From a virus (taxonomy: Duplodnaviria > Caudoviricetes): a stretch of 52,793 nucleotides of DNA. Under the pieces are notes generated by a model. It was not told where the DNA came from and ran no database searches. It saw only the letters and a list, made by a program, of their open reading frames with translations. The DNA is taken from the IMG/VR virus record IMGVR_UViG_3300000530_000031, positions 1-52,793 of that record, one strand, 5' to 3'. This document shows, piece after piece, positions 8,671 through 18,079 of the stretch. The translations under genes and the position numbers were made by a program. The stretch's first letter is position 1. Each line of letters starts with the position of its first letter.

Positions 8671-9111
8671 TCATTTTTGGAAAGTGATAGCGATCTTTTT
8701 AGGTTGTTTTTCTTCTGGAATCACATGCTCAAGCGCCACAGCAAGGATACCATTTTTTACTGTAGCACCACGCACTTCCATATCTGGACCTAGAGTAAAG
8801 GTACGGACGAAATTGCGATTGCTGATGCCTTTGTGCAGATATTCCAGTTCTGCATCCTTTTTAGCTTGTGTACCTCGAACTGTTAGTACGCTGTCCTTGA
8901 GTTCAATATCTAGTTCTTCGTCGGCAAATCCCGACACAGCCACTTCCACTACAAAATGCGTGTCATCCAGCTTGATGATATTGTAGGGAGGATAGTTACC
9001 ATCAGCAGTCTGGGCAAATGCACGATTCAAATCATCGAACACTCGATCAAACCCGATAGCATGTCTGTGTAGTGTTGGAAGGTCAAAGGTGTGTAATGAA
9101 AATTTAGTCAT
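8671..9111 (-). CDS. hsp20: Small heat-shock protein Hsp20 (IbpA-like)
   Basis: IGFDR, YPPYNI, YLHKGISNRNF.RTF and NGIL motifs; start moved to the ATG at 9111 behind TAAGGAG. Confidence 0.95.
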   Translation of the reverse strand: MTKFSLHTFDLPTLHRHAIGFDRVFDDLNRAFAQTADGNYPPYNIIKLDDTHFVVEVAVSGFADEELDIELKDSVLTVRGTQAKKDAELEYLHKGISNRNFVRTFTLGPDMEVRGATVKNGILAVALEHVIPEEKQPKKIAITFQK

Positions 9112-9178
9112 TTGTTTTCTCCTTATATTAAGCAAGTTTTGACTAGTACATGGCCCCACTATTGGGCACCATGTACAT
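9112..9178 (-). promoter_or_regulatory. ROSE-like RNA thermometer in the hsp20 leader
   Basis: 5' hairpin GUACAUGG...CCAUGUAC, then CUUGCUUA-AUA-UAAGGAG, in which UUGCU pairs with the SD around a bulged G. Confidence 0.7.
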
Positions 9179-9179
9179 A

Positions 9180-9210
9180 TATTTATACACTCTTTTTCAG
9201 TCTAGGTCAA
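9180..9210 (-). promoter_or_regulatory. Overlapping sigma70 and T4-late-type promoter for hsp20
   Basis: TTGACC-17 nt-TATAAA; the -10 box is part of TATAAATA (9180-9187). Confidence 0.7.
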
Positions 9211-9223
9211 GAATTTTGGAGGA

Positions 9224-9475
9224 TTAGTAGAGTTTATCTGGTAAGCGTTGCGAAGCTAGTTTTTTACGCCAGCGATTCTTAGCAGCAGCCTTAGCTTTCT
9301 TGCGTGCTGTAGTTGGTTTTTCGTAGAATTCACGTTCTTTGAGATCACGTAATAATCCTGATTCGGCTACACGTTTTTTGAATTTGCGTAGTGCTGTTTT
9401 TACTTGATTATCCTGTACTTGTACGCTGTTACCACGCACTTTAACTACATTTTTGTCTCGGTCAATATATGGCAT
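9224..9475 (-). CDS. rpsU: Ribosomal protein bS21
   Basis: ALRKFKKRVAESGLLRDLKEREFYEKPT..RK. Confidence 0.93.
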   Translation of the reverse strand: MPYIDRDKNVVKVRGNSVQVQDNQVKTALRKFKKRVAESGLLRDLKEREFYEKPTTARKKAKAAAKNRWRKKLASQRLPDKLY

Positions 9476-9479
9476 GTGT

Positions 9480-9791
9480 TTATTTATCGAAATAGTCCTT
9501 GGGTTCTAGGAATTTGGCACCCACGCCAAACTCGTGTAAACTAAAATTATACGATCCTATAGGGCGAAAGTCAAAATCAAGTTCGCCAGAATTATTTATC
9601 AAAATGGTGTCTACACGATGAAAGTTGCGTTCTAGCCATGCTTGATCCATGCCATTTTCATAGACATAGACGACATAGCATTGATCTAGCCGAGCACAGA
9701 CATCTGCACAAGTCTGCACCTGTTCTTTAGATGCATTTATTAATAGCACAGTCTCTACTGTGTCAGGAGGGGTAACAAAACTGCTGATCAT
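9480..9791 (-). CDS. Hypothetical protein
   Basis: ORF packed in the operon. Confidence 0.65.
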   Translation of the reverse strand: MISSFVTPPDTVETVLLINASKEQVQTCADVCARLDQCYVVYVYENGMDQAWLERNFHRVDTILINNSGELDFDFRPIGSYNFSLHEFGVGAKFLEPKDYFDK

Positions 9792-11260
9792 CGTTCTAAA
9801 TACCTCTGTATCTGTTCTCTTTCTACATCAGTTAATGTGTCTGCATCGTACCTACCAGCATCGATCTCTGCGATAAGATATTTGATATACATTTCATCGT
9901 AGGCATAAACGTCTGTCTGTGATTTGTCAACTTCCATCCATTTAACACCATTGAACTTAAACAGTTTGTTTGGTAAGAAATCTGTTCTTAGATAAACGTC
10001 ACCCCTAGCAGGTCTGTCAGGAAATGTATTACCAAAATCAGTGTGTGCTGGTTTTGCTGTGATGGTAGGATCATTATCTGCTGTGATAGGTTGACTATAG
10101 ATACGGCCGCGATTTCTACCAGGAGCAGTTTCGGGCACTGCTCGTGGTCTGACATAATCTCCCGGTCTTTCTTCGGCGTCGTCGGATTCAACCACAGACA
10201 TAGCTTTGATATGCTCCAGCAAACGATCTGCATCCTCTGCACTTGCTGGTGTAAACACCAGTTCACGTGGTGGGTCTTCAAACAAGTTTTCTTGCTCAAC
10301 AACTCCGCCCACAGGCGATTCATCTTTTGCAGTTTCCTGTATTTGCACGATTTGATCCTCAGTTAACGGACCATCATCTTGATCGTATTTGGCTTCTACT
10401 GGTTCTTCTGGAACCGGATCTAGCTTTTTTTCAGTAGCAGGTTCCAGATCTTGTGATTCATCATTTGCTGTATCCTCCACCAACTGTTGGGCTTCCTGTA
10501 GTTCTGATCTAGCCCATTCAAATTGTTTATTAGCGGCTAATATAAGTGTCAATGCCAAAGGATCAAACACAGCTACTATGATTATGATAACCCAGACTAC
10601 AGCACGTTCCAGTAGATTAGCATCAGGATTATCGCTATAGACTAATTTGGCTATATATTTGATTGGCCCTACATCAGCTTCTGCCTTGCGCGATTCAGCA
10701 CGTATGGGCGCAGATTGATCATTTAGATCTGATATGATCTGTTGATTATGTTCTATGTCTCGGTTGAGTGCATCGCGATCTCTCCGTTGACTGCGTCTTA
10801 TACTGTTAGATCGTTCCGCGCCATTTTCTGATGTGCTGCGTGCTAGGACCTGGTCCACTGCAGCATCCATCTGTGCCAGTTGTTTCCTATCACGATTGAT
10901 AGTGTCTTGTGCAGTCTGTATCTTCTGATCGTAGACAGCTAGTTTAGCACTGACATCACCAGATACTAGGCTTTGATCACTGTGAGCTTTGCTCAAGAAA
11001 CCAAATATACCGATACTGGTAATTATCATCAACAACAATACCGCTGGCAAAAGATACAGCTTGAATGTTACTCCCAATCGCCGCCAGTTGTTTTTTAACC
11101 AAACTGCAGCTGTGACTTTACCAATCTCTAGGCTTAGTCCCATGATCACTATAGGTATAAAGGCACCCGAAAAGATAGCAGCCAACCCAGTTATACTGTA
11201 GTAAGCACCGACAGATTCGATCAGCAGTGCTACAAATAAAATAAAGTATCCAAAAAGCAT
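9788..11260 (-). CDS. Multi-pass membrane protein with coiled-coil and acidic tail
   Basis: Three N-terminal TM segments, a coiled coil, VGPIKY plus a TM (FDPLA), and a low-complexity acidic region. Confidence 0.75.
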   Translation of the reverse strand: MLFGYFILFVALLIESVGAYYSITGLAAIFSGAFIPIVIMGLSLEIGKVTAAVWLKNNWRRLGVTFKLYLLPAVLLLMIITSIGIFGFLSKAHSDQSLVSGDVSAKLAVYDQKIQTAQDTINRDRKQLAQMDAAVDQVLARSTSENGAERSNSIRRSQRRDRDALNRDIEHNQQIISDLNDQSAPIRAESRKAEADVGPIKYIAKLVYSDNPDANLLERAVVWVIIIIVAVFDPLALTLILAANKQFEWARSELQEAQQLVEDTANDESQDLEPATEKKLDPVPEEPVEAKYDQDDGPLTEDQIVQIQETAKDESPVGGVVEQENLFEDPPRELVFTPASAEDADRLLEHIKAMSVVESDDAEERPGDYVRPRAVPETAPGRNRGRIYSQPITADNDPTITAKPAHTDFGNTFPDRPARGDVYLRTDFLPNKLFKFNGVKWMEVDKSQTDVYAYDEMYIKYLIAEIDAGRYDADTLTDVEREQIQRYLER

Positions 11261-11267
11261 AATAGAG

Positions 11268-11319
11268 TATTTATAAAAGAATACTCCACTATTTTACTAG
11301 TGGAGTCAAGTTAAATCAA
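11268..11319 (-). promoter_or_regulatory. Late promoter TATAAATA plus a sigma70-type promoter inside an inverted repeat
   Basis: TATAAATA at 11268-11275; TTGATT-17-TAAAAT at 11319..11291; inverted repeat ACTCCACTA/TAGTGGAGT at 11283-11306. Confidence 0.6.
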
Positions 11320-11328
11320 GTTATTTGG

Positions 11329-13041
11329 TTATTTTGCAACAACACTGGTCATATACACTCCGGCATTGGCGCCGGTTGTACTGATTAATTCAACGACCGC
11401 GTCCCCAGTAGGGCCATTTAGACCGGCAAATTGATTGCTATTGTTGAAACTGTTAGTAGTGGTTAATCCGTTGACAGTGACTTTAGTGCCACCAATGCCG
11501 GGTACTGCGATTACTACACGCTTGCCTGGAATCGGATTTGTTAGCGTGATAGTAAATGCTGTAGTACCATTATTAAGAATAATCATATTCGGGCAAGTGG
11601 CAAGATTTAATGTGTAGGCGTTGCTGACTACTGTTGGTGAAGTTACTGTTTCAACAAAACTAGTGGCAGTTGCGTTGCCTGAGACTGTGACACCTGACGT
11701 GGCACTGACTGACATGGTGTTAGCAATAACATTTGATCCAATGGGCATGGTCCAAAATTCTAGATGTCCGCCACGGTTAGTCTGAGTTTGGTTTTCATCT
11801 GCTATAAAACGTATCTGACCTATGCCAGTAGCAGGCCATCCACCGGTTGGGTAACCAGTAGCAGCAATACGCAATACTTCGTCGCCGGCTAGAACCTGTG
11901 TTGGATTAGCAATAGTACCATTGAATCTACGACCAACTAATATCGAATACTGTTGGTTAGAATCAATATACATCTTGCCGGATGTGACACCATCATCTCG
12001 GCCTGTCAGGTGCAATAACACGCCCGATAACACCGGAGGTTGGCTTAAACCTTGAGTATTACCAGTGACTTCGATGCCGCCGGTATACATGCTGTTGGTA
12101 GTAACAATATATGTAGCATCACCAGTCTGTCGAGTATTTCCTGTGATAGTAATATTGCCATTAAAAGTTGTTGGGCCATTATTAACAGCAGAGCCGTTAG
12201 TGATCATATTTCCATTATAGGTTACATTACCAGTACTAAGGAAAGTTCCGGTACGAGTCATGTTACCTGCGAATACAGTATCACCGTTAAATATGCTATG
12301 CCCATTATTGACAGCATTACCGGTAACTGTTAAATTACCAACTTCGGTAACATTGCCTATAAAATAACTGGGACCATTGATTGTTAGATTACCGTTGGCC
12401 GTTAAATTTCCAGTATGAGTTGTATCCCCAACGAATCTTACTGTGCCGTTAAATGTGGAATTACCATTGGCAGTAATGTTGCCAACAAATATGCTATCAC
12501 CAGTACTAATTCGTGTACCAACGCTGACAATAGGACCAATGAACGTGCTGGTTCCAACGAATGTTACATTACCGTTGTTGGTTAAACTGCTGTTGATCAT
12601 CATATTGCCGGTATTATCAACAGACATAATCGGTGTTTTGCCATAACTAAATGCATCACCATTGGTCGAGAATAATCGTAAGTTCCCAATGATGTTAACA
12701 TTACCAGTACCGTTAGAAATAATACCTAGGTCTTCATTGGGGTTTACTGTACTGATGTTTGCCTGAACAATACTTAGGTCGCCAATGCTCAGTGGTAAGC
12801 CTGCAGTGTTGATTGTTAACGTGCCGTCGGCAGCAACATTTGCGCCCGGTCCGGCTTTGATAGCGCCTGCTACTGTTGAGGTCGCGATAACAAGATTAAC
12901 AAAATGACCACCGGGGGTAGTGCCATCACTGACATGTAATTGTCCAGTGGTTTCGTCGTAGAATAAATCGCCAGGCTGGCCGACATACTCTTGAGCGGTT
13001 ACACTGTTTACTCGTGCAGCACGGAACTTGCGTATAGACAT
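11329..13041 (-). CDS. Tail fibre/virion beta-helix protein
   Basis: N-terminal G..GDLFYD..TGQLHVSDGTTPGG fibre motif; repeated GN.T.NG..F.G units. Confidence 0.75.
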   Translation of the reverse strand: MSIRKFRAARVNSVTAQEYVGQPGDLFYDETTGQLHVSDGTTPGGHFVNLVIATSTVAGAIKAGPGANVAADGTLTINTAGLPLSIGDLSIVQANISTVNPNEDLGIISNGTGNVNIIGNLRLFSTNGDAFSYGKTPIMSVDNTGNMMINSSLTNNGNVTFVGTSTFIGPIVSVGTRISTGDSIFVGNITANGNSTFNGTVRFVGDTTHTGNLTANGNLTINGPSYFIGNVTEVGNLTVTGNAVNNGHSIFNGDTVFAGNMTRTGTFLSTGNVTYNGNMITNGSAVNNGPTTFNGNITITGNTRQTGDATYIVTTNSMYTGGIEVTGNTQGLSQPPVLSGVLLHLTGRDDGVTSGKMYIDSNQQYSILVGRRFNGTIANPTQVLAGDEVLRIAATGYPTGGWPATGIGQIRFIADENQTQTNRGGHLEFWTMPIGSNVIANTMSVSATSGVTVSGNATATSFVETVTSPTVVSNAYTLNLATCPNMIILNNGTTAFTITLTNPIPGKRVVIAVPGIGGTKVTVNGLTTTNSFNNSNQFAGLNGPTGDAVVELISTTGANAGVYMTSVVAK

Positions 13042-13048
13042 CTAATAT

Positions 13049-13411
13049 CTAGTCCTCGACGTCGTTGTCTGAAGCGGCCAATTGAACCAGCACAGGAAAA
13101 CCTGCGTTATGGCGCATGATATCAAGTTCATCATCCTCTAACTGCTCTGGCTCATTGTCATAGTGGTCGGGGTTGGGATATTCTGTGTTGATCTCGCCCA
13201 TGTCAAACGCATTTTCTAAGCCGGCCACTTTTTTCAACAGTTCTAGTTTCTGTTGCAGTGGACTGACCATGCTCTGTACGTTTACCTGCGCACGATCTTC
13301 GATATCTTCGGCATCTTGAGCGGGTTCTTGATCTACTTCTACTTCTGCTGTCTGATCCTGTTGTCCATCAATGACATCAGCTAATCGACGTAAAATTTCA
13401 CTTGCTCGCAT
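13049..13411 (-). CDS. Hypothetical acidic phage protein
   Basis: ORF with RBS; MRASEI N-terminus; PLQQKLELLKK. Confidence 0.7.
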   Translation of the reverse strand: MRASEILRRLADVIDGQQDQTAEVEVDQEPAQDAEDIEDRAQVNVQSMVSPLQQKLELLKKVAGLENAFDMGEINTEYPNPDHYDNEPEQLEDDELDIMRHNAGFPVLVQLAASDNDVED

Positions 13412-13424
13412 GTGTTATTCCTTG

Positions 13425-13745
13425 TTAACCGTTGGTGTAGATATTACCCACACCGCCTCCTGCTACTGCTGTGGCAGTGCCGCTGGCAGCAACATTACCT
13501 ACTTGTACTACTGTTATAGCTGCTGTAGCGCCACCTACCGGTAACAGACTCAGGGTCTTGCCCAGCCCTTCCATGTTTATATCGTTCTTTCTATTGGGCA
13601 CTACCAGTATAGGGTCGGTGGAAACAGCTACTCCGCCTACGTTAGCGTAACAGGCCACATTAGCCATTACAGTCACTTTAGTACTGTTGACGGGAGGTGT
13701 TGTTACTGCTGTGGCAGAGTTAAATGTATATGTGTATGGCATCAT
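13425..13745 (-). CDS. Hypothetical beta-rich (probable virion) protein
   Basis: AAGGA RBS; upstream CTAAATA. Confidence 0.65.
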   Translation of the reverse strand: MMPYTYTFNSATAVTTPPVNSTKVTVMANVACYANVGGVAVSTDPILVVPNRKNDINMEGLGKTLSLLPVGGATAAITVVQVGNVAASGTATAVAGGGVGNIYTNG

Positions 13746-13769
13746 TCTATCCTTTTATACACTATTTAG

Positions 13770-15788
13770 TTAAAATCCTGCGGCTTTTAATCTTTGGGCC
13801 AGCTGGTCCAGCGCACTACTGATGGTATAGACATTACTGGTCCAGTTTTGATAATTGCCCATGGTATAGTTTATATTTCCGTAGGCTGTAAGATTTGTAG
13901 TGATTATGTTGGCTACCACAGCGGCAGCATTGGCCAGTACCTCGATCGCTGGCTGTGCGCCTGCGCTTTCTGTATCGAAAGTGATATATGCACGTGTTTG
14001 CCCGGTTCCTGGTGCCCCATCTCCGCGATAAAGACCTATGGTACTGTGTTTAATAGAACTGTTATTGGTCTGTCCCATGCTGGTACCATCCCACCAATCA
14101 TAGGTCATAACTGCTGTGTTACTGTAGCCCGATCCGTTGCTGAAATTAATACCTAAATTACCAGTGTTGTAAGACTGTAGATTACCGATATCAACCCAGT
14201 ACGCTGGATTTGAGCTGTCGAAACCTGTAAGACTCTGCATGTGTATCTTACCGTTGGCATTGAGATTAATACCACCAGTGTTGTCAACAGAGCTGATAGT
14301 ATCGCCTGAAAATGTTATATTTCCAGTGGGACTAACTGATGTTATGTACTGTGCGCCGTTACTCCAGAAAAATCCAGTGGTGGCATAGACTGCACTGTTA
14401 GCCGATATATTACCACTAGTAATGTTACCCAAGACAGATATTGGTCCTACTGTTAATGTGGTCAATATATTAGCCACTGTTGAATCTATCTGTGTTATAG
14501 TCGAGCTATTGTTGGCAATGTGTAGGTTAGCTGCTGCAACATTAGCGTTTATGCTGTTAATTTCACTAGCAACATTAGCTAGATTGCTGTCGATAACAGC
14601 TAGCTGTGTGTTGACGTAACTGACCACTGCTGTGTTAGCAGTAACTATAGCAAGATTAGCAGCAGTGACATTAGCTGTCATAGCAAGATTTAGCGTATCG
14701 GCATATCCGGTCGCATAGACGTTTGCTGCTGTAACATTAGCAGATACATTGGCTATAAGATTGCCCAATGCCAGTTCATTGGCATTGTTAGTCTGTATGT
14801 CTGTGTACAGTACCGCGGCATTGGCATGCCAAGCGACATCTATTGAATAGGCATAGCTGTTGGCAGAAACTATATTATTGTTTAATGCTGTGATATCATT
14901 GTTTAGGACGACAATATTGGCATCTACAGCAGATATCTCTGTGTTGACATAACTGACTACTGCTGTGTTAGCGGTAACTATAGCAAGGTTAGCAGCTGCG
15001 ACGTTAGCTGCCATCTGCTGATTTAAATCCTCAACATGCGCTAACATACCTATGTTAGCAGAGATAATACTGGTGTTAGCACCTGCTACATTAGCAGATA
15101 CCTGTTGTATCAGCAAGGTATTGTCCTGTATCTGTTGATACTGTACAGCGGCATTGGACTGCCAAGCCGTGTCCACTGTCTGTATAGCAACGTTAGCAGC
15201 AGATATGTTAGCGCCTAAACTGGCGATTTCTGTTTCCTGTACGCTGGCATTGGCAAATAGTGTGGTTATATTGTTCACAGCACCATTGACGTTGTTTATG
15301 GTGTTGTTTAATTCTGTGTATAGGTTAGCTAGATTGCTGTTGGTACTGGCGATTTCTGTAGTATAAGTAGACAGTGTCGAATTAATAGTGCTGATGTCTG
15401 ACGTCTGTGTGGCTAGATTAGAATTGATAGCAGTTATTTCTACTGTTATGTTACCAACATTAGCATCTAGTGTTGACACTTGTGAGGTCAATGCAGCTAG
15501 ATTACTGTTAGCTATGTTAGCAGCAATAGATTCAACATAGGCGTTGCCTGCTGTGACCGCGGCATCAACATAAGCGACATTGGCCGCACCTGCTACATCA
15601 TTGACTGTTAATACTACATTACCTGTCCGTCCAGCAACAGAATTAACTGGGCTGTTAATGATGACGTTAGCGTTACCAGCAGCTATGTTGGCAAAGTTTT
15701 CATCAATTATCTGGAAGGCTGTGCGTAAAGGGGTACCTGTGCCATCGTTGGCTGCGTTACCCAAAAATACATAAGAAAAGTCGCTCAT
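13770..15788 (-). CDS. Baseplate/tail-fibre protein with long Ala/Asn coiled-coil
   Basis: GNAANDGTGTPLRTAF (T4 gp9/gp10-like N-terminus); VNSVAGRTGNVVL fibre repeat; ANVxAAN repeats. Confidence 0.8.
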   Translation of the reverse strand: MSDFSYVFLGNAANDGTGTPLRTAFQIIDENFANIAAGNANVIINSPVNSVAGRTGNVVLTVNDVAGAANVAYVDAAVTAGNAYVESIAANIANSNLAALTSQVSTLDANVGNITVEITAINSNLATQTSDISTINSTLSTYTTEIASTNSNLANLYTELNNTINNVNGAVNNITTLFANASVQETEIASLGANISAANVAIQTVDTAWQSNAAVQYQQIQDNTLLIQQVSANVAGANTSIISANIGMLAHVEDLNQQMAANVAAANLAIVTANTAVVSYVNTEISAVDANIVVLNNDITALNNNIVSANSYAYSIDVAWHANAAVLYTDIQTNNANELALGNLIANVSANVTAANVYATGYADTLNLAMTANVTAANLAIVTANTAVVSYVNTQLAVIDSNLANVASEINSINANVAAANLHIANNSSTITQIDSTVANILTTLTVGPISVLGNITSGNISANSAVYATTGFFWSNGAQYITSVSPTGNITFSGDTISSVDNTGGINLNANGKIHMQSLTGFDSSNPAYWVDIGNLQSYNTGNLGINFSNGSGYSNTAVMTYDWWDGTSMGQTNNSSIKHSTIGLYRGDGAPGTGQTRAYITFDTESAGAQPAIEVLANAAAVVANIITTNLTAYGNINYTMGNYQNWTSNVYTISSALDQLAQRLKAAGF
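14608..15014. repeat. Imperfect 74-bp direct repeat (14608-14681 and 14941-15014) inside the fibre gene
   Basis: Both copies encode M.ANV.AANLAIVTANTAVVSYVNT. Confidence 0.85.
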
Positions 15789-15827
15789 AAGTATACCCTG
15801 ATATAGAGTATTTATCAGCGACTGGGT

Positions 15828-16859
15828 TTATATGTTCTGAGTCAGATATTGTTCGTACAGCGCACGACTAGCAAGGTTCTTGCCTTTTGACTCACACATG
15901 ATATCATGCGTGTCTAAGAATGTCAGGGCCCAGTCATTGACTGCACGATTCCAATAAAAATCACTGTGTGCACGTAGATGTGCTTTTTTAGTACCTTCAG
16001 TTAAAAGCCGGCTGTAGTCAGGTAAGACATGTGTATCATGTGCGAGTAGCACATCTTCGCGACTGACAGAGTAATGTAGGACAGGACGCAGGCCTCGCCA
16101 ACTGTCAACAACACGCCTAACCCGAACGTCATCTACCCGGATATATTCTCCCTCTCGAACCCAATGATGATGAATGTCAAGAACGATAGGTACAACATCA
16201 CTGATAGACAAGCAGTCATCTAACCCCCATGCATTTTCTTCGTTTTCGATGGTGATACAGTTACGTGCTTCGGTGCTGAGTCTAGACAGCACACGCCTTA
16301 TGCCTTCTGGACCTTGCCTGCCCGCGATATGCACGTTAATCTTGAAATCTTGGAAAGTACGGCCATAGCCCATCCAACGAGCCATGTCAGCATGATATTC
16401 GAACTCTTCTATGGATCTACGGACTATGTCTGGATTATCACTAGATAAGACCGTGAATTGTCCTGGATGGAAAGACAAGCGTACACCGCGATCTCTAGCA
16501 ACAGCACCAACCTCAGCAAAATGCCGTTCACAGTAGTCACGCACTGCATGACCTTTCCAGAAATAACTCCAGCTAGGCTCAGTGTAAACAGGCAGTATAT
16601 CACTGCTGATGCGTACCATGCGTAGTTGCTCATCTAGATCTCCCACTCGTTTGACCAGTTGTCTAGTGGCTTCTATGTTCTGCACCATCAGGTCCCAGAG
16701 CTTTTGTTCAGCAGTCGCACGAGTCTGGCGATTTAACCAAGCTACGGTAGTCGATCCAGTGTTGTATCGCTTGCAATCATCTTTGGGTTTGATGCCATTG
16801 ACCTGTTCGGGTCTGTCGATTATCTTGCAAGCAAAACCTATACGCTTAATATTGTCCAT
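15828..16859 (-). CDS. uvsE: UV-damage endonuclease UvsE
   Basis: RIGFAC, RISSD, RLSFHPGQFTVL, TIENEE, VLDIHHH, RAHSD and DIMCESK motifs. Confidence 0.93.
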   Translation of the reverse strand: MDNIKRIGFACKIIDRPEQVNGIKPKDDCKRYNTGSTTVAWLNRQTRATAEQKLWDLMVQNIEATRQLVKRVGDLDEQLRMVRISSDILPVYTEPSWSYFWKGHAVRDYCERHFAEVGAVARDRGVRLSFHPGQFTVLSSDNPDIVRRSIEEFEYHADMARWMGYGRTFQDFKINVHIAGRQGPEGIRRVLSRLSTEARNCITIENEENAWGLDDCLSISDVVPIVLDIHHHWVREGEYIRVDDVRVRRVVDSWRGLRPVLHYSVSREDVLLAHDTHVLPDYSRLLTEGTKKAHLRAHSDFYWNRAVNDWALTFLDTHDIMCESKGKNLASRALYEQYLTQNI

Positions 16860-17076
16860 TTAGTTGTGCCCAGGTTAACCATTGTTTAAAAGCACTATAC
16901 ACTGCCTGTGCCTCCTTGTCATCCTGAGGTACCGGTTGACCGCGCACAAAGAATCCTTTAGGCGATACAGTCAGCATATCTTCCCCGGCACAGTAAAGTG
17001 TGATCATTGGATTTGAGCTAACATCAATAGATTGACGAGTCGTTTTTTCTATGTTTAGATCTACGCTTGTAGGCAC
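16846..17076 (-). CDS. Hypothetical protein (start may be 17007)
   Basis: ORF overlapping the uvsE start; the GTG start overlaps the upstream small ORF. Confidence 0.55.
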   Translation of the reverse strand: MPTSVDLNIEKTTRQSIDVSSNPMITLYCAGEDMLTVSPKGFFVRGQPVPQDDKEAQAVYSAFKQWLTWAQLNGQY

Positions 17077-17179
17077 GCTGATTCTCCTCTATGTGTGGTC
17101 TGCGGAATGGGCTATCGCGCTCAAATAGTGCGCGATGTGCTCGTGTTTTGTGCAGTTTGATTTTAGCTTTTTTCATCAT
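17024..17179 (-). CDS. Small basic ArfA-like protein (not in the ORF track)
   Basis: MMKKAKIKLHKTRAHRALFERDSPFRRPHIERNQRAYKRRSKHRKNDSSIY (51 aa), directly behind a near-consensus promoter. Confidence 0.7.
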   Translation of the reverse strand: MMKKAKIKLHKTRAHRALFERDSPFRRPHIEENQRAYKRRSKHRKNDSSIY

Positions 17180-17185
17180 ATTACT

Positions 17186-17214
17186 ATTATATAATATGAT
17201 GAATTTCGGGTCAA
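17186..17214 (-). promoter_or_regulatory. Near-consensus sigma70 promoter
   Basis: TTGACC-17 nt-TATAAT; the ATG follows 6 nt after the -10 box. Confidence 0.85.
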
Positions 17215-17436
17215 CTAGTGTATAGTCGGGGGTTCAATGGCATCAGGATCATCAACACCGTACATCTTTAATATCTTAAAGACTACATCGGGCACTTCTA
17301 CTGTTGCATCCTCGGGAAGGTAACAGGCTTTGAGTTCGCCGGCACTGGTGATGATAAATCCAAAATCTTCTGGGCCTAGATCGGTTTCAAATTGTTCTTC
17401 TACTGTGATTTCTTGTTCTTTTGTTGACTTGCTCAT
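17215..17436 (-). CDS. Hypothetical acidic protein
   Basis: ORF with a GAGGG RBS. Confidence 0.65.
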   Translation of the reverse strand: MSKSTKEQEITVEEQFETDLGPEDFGFIITSAGELKACYLPEDATVEVPDVVFKILKMYGVDDPDAIEPPTIH

Positions 17437-18079
17437 TATTAGCCCTCTCTAGTTGTTTAATATATTTAACTGCATATCGTTCTAATTTTAACATAATCTT
17501 CCGATCGTGTCTAAAATATCTACGATAAAATCGATAATTAACTGTTTTAGCCAAATCCTTACCTAGCACAACTACCTCAGTAGCGACGTTAAAACTATAG
17601 GCTAATATTTCATCTTCACAACCTAGATAATCTTGCATGCTTTCTCGATATCTAAGATTTTCTTTACCTCTATATCCACGGCCGTGGCGATAGCCTCTGC
17701 GTCTACAGTGATAGAGATGTATATATTCGTGCGCAATCACGTCCGAGATATGATAGGCTAGTGTGCTCCAATCATAATATTTGATATCTATTTTTTTTCT
17801 TGCCAATGGATAATCAAAGTAGATATGCAGGCACGGTTCACCATCCTCGTCCTCGTACGGGCGATATTCGCCAAATATGCCAATGGTATTTCTATCTATA
17901 TCGGGATTGATACGTGTATGGAAGCGGAGTCTAGGATCTACAAATTGTCTACGTAATAATCTAGTAAATTGATCAGGTGTAAATTTTTTCTGTGAATGAT
18001 GCACTGGCACGGTCTGCAACCGTGCCAGACAGGCATAAAAGAAATCACTGATCGGTGCTGGCATAGAATATGTGACCAC
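17387..18079 (-). CDS. HExxH-motif putative metallopeptidase-like protein
   Basis: IAHEYIH plus a downstream YL..EDEI.AY. Confidence 0.55.
   Translation of the reverse strand: MVTYSMPAPISDFFYACLARLQTVPVHHSQKKFTPDQFTRLLRRQFVDPRLRFHTRINPDIDRNTIGIFGEYRPYEDEDGEPCLHIYFDYPLARKKIDIKYYDWSTLAYHISDVIAHEYIHLYHCRRRGYRHGRGYRGKENLRYRESMQDYLGCEDEILAYSFNVATEVVVLGKDLAKTVNYRFYRRYFRHDRKIMLKLERYAVKYIKQLERANNEQVNKRTRNHSRRTI

Noticed and set aside
14608-15014. Diversity-generating retroelement template/variable repeat pair
   Set aside because: Both copies are in-frame within one coiled-coil region, differences are mostly synonymous rather than adenine-specific, and there is no reverse transcriptase in the window.
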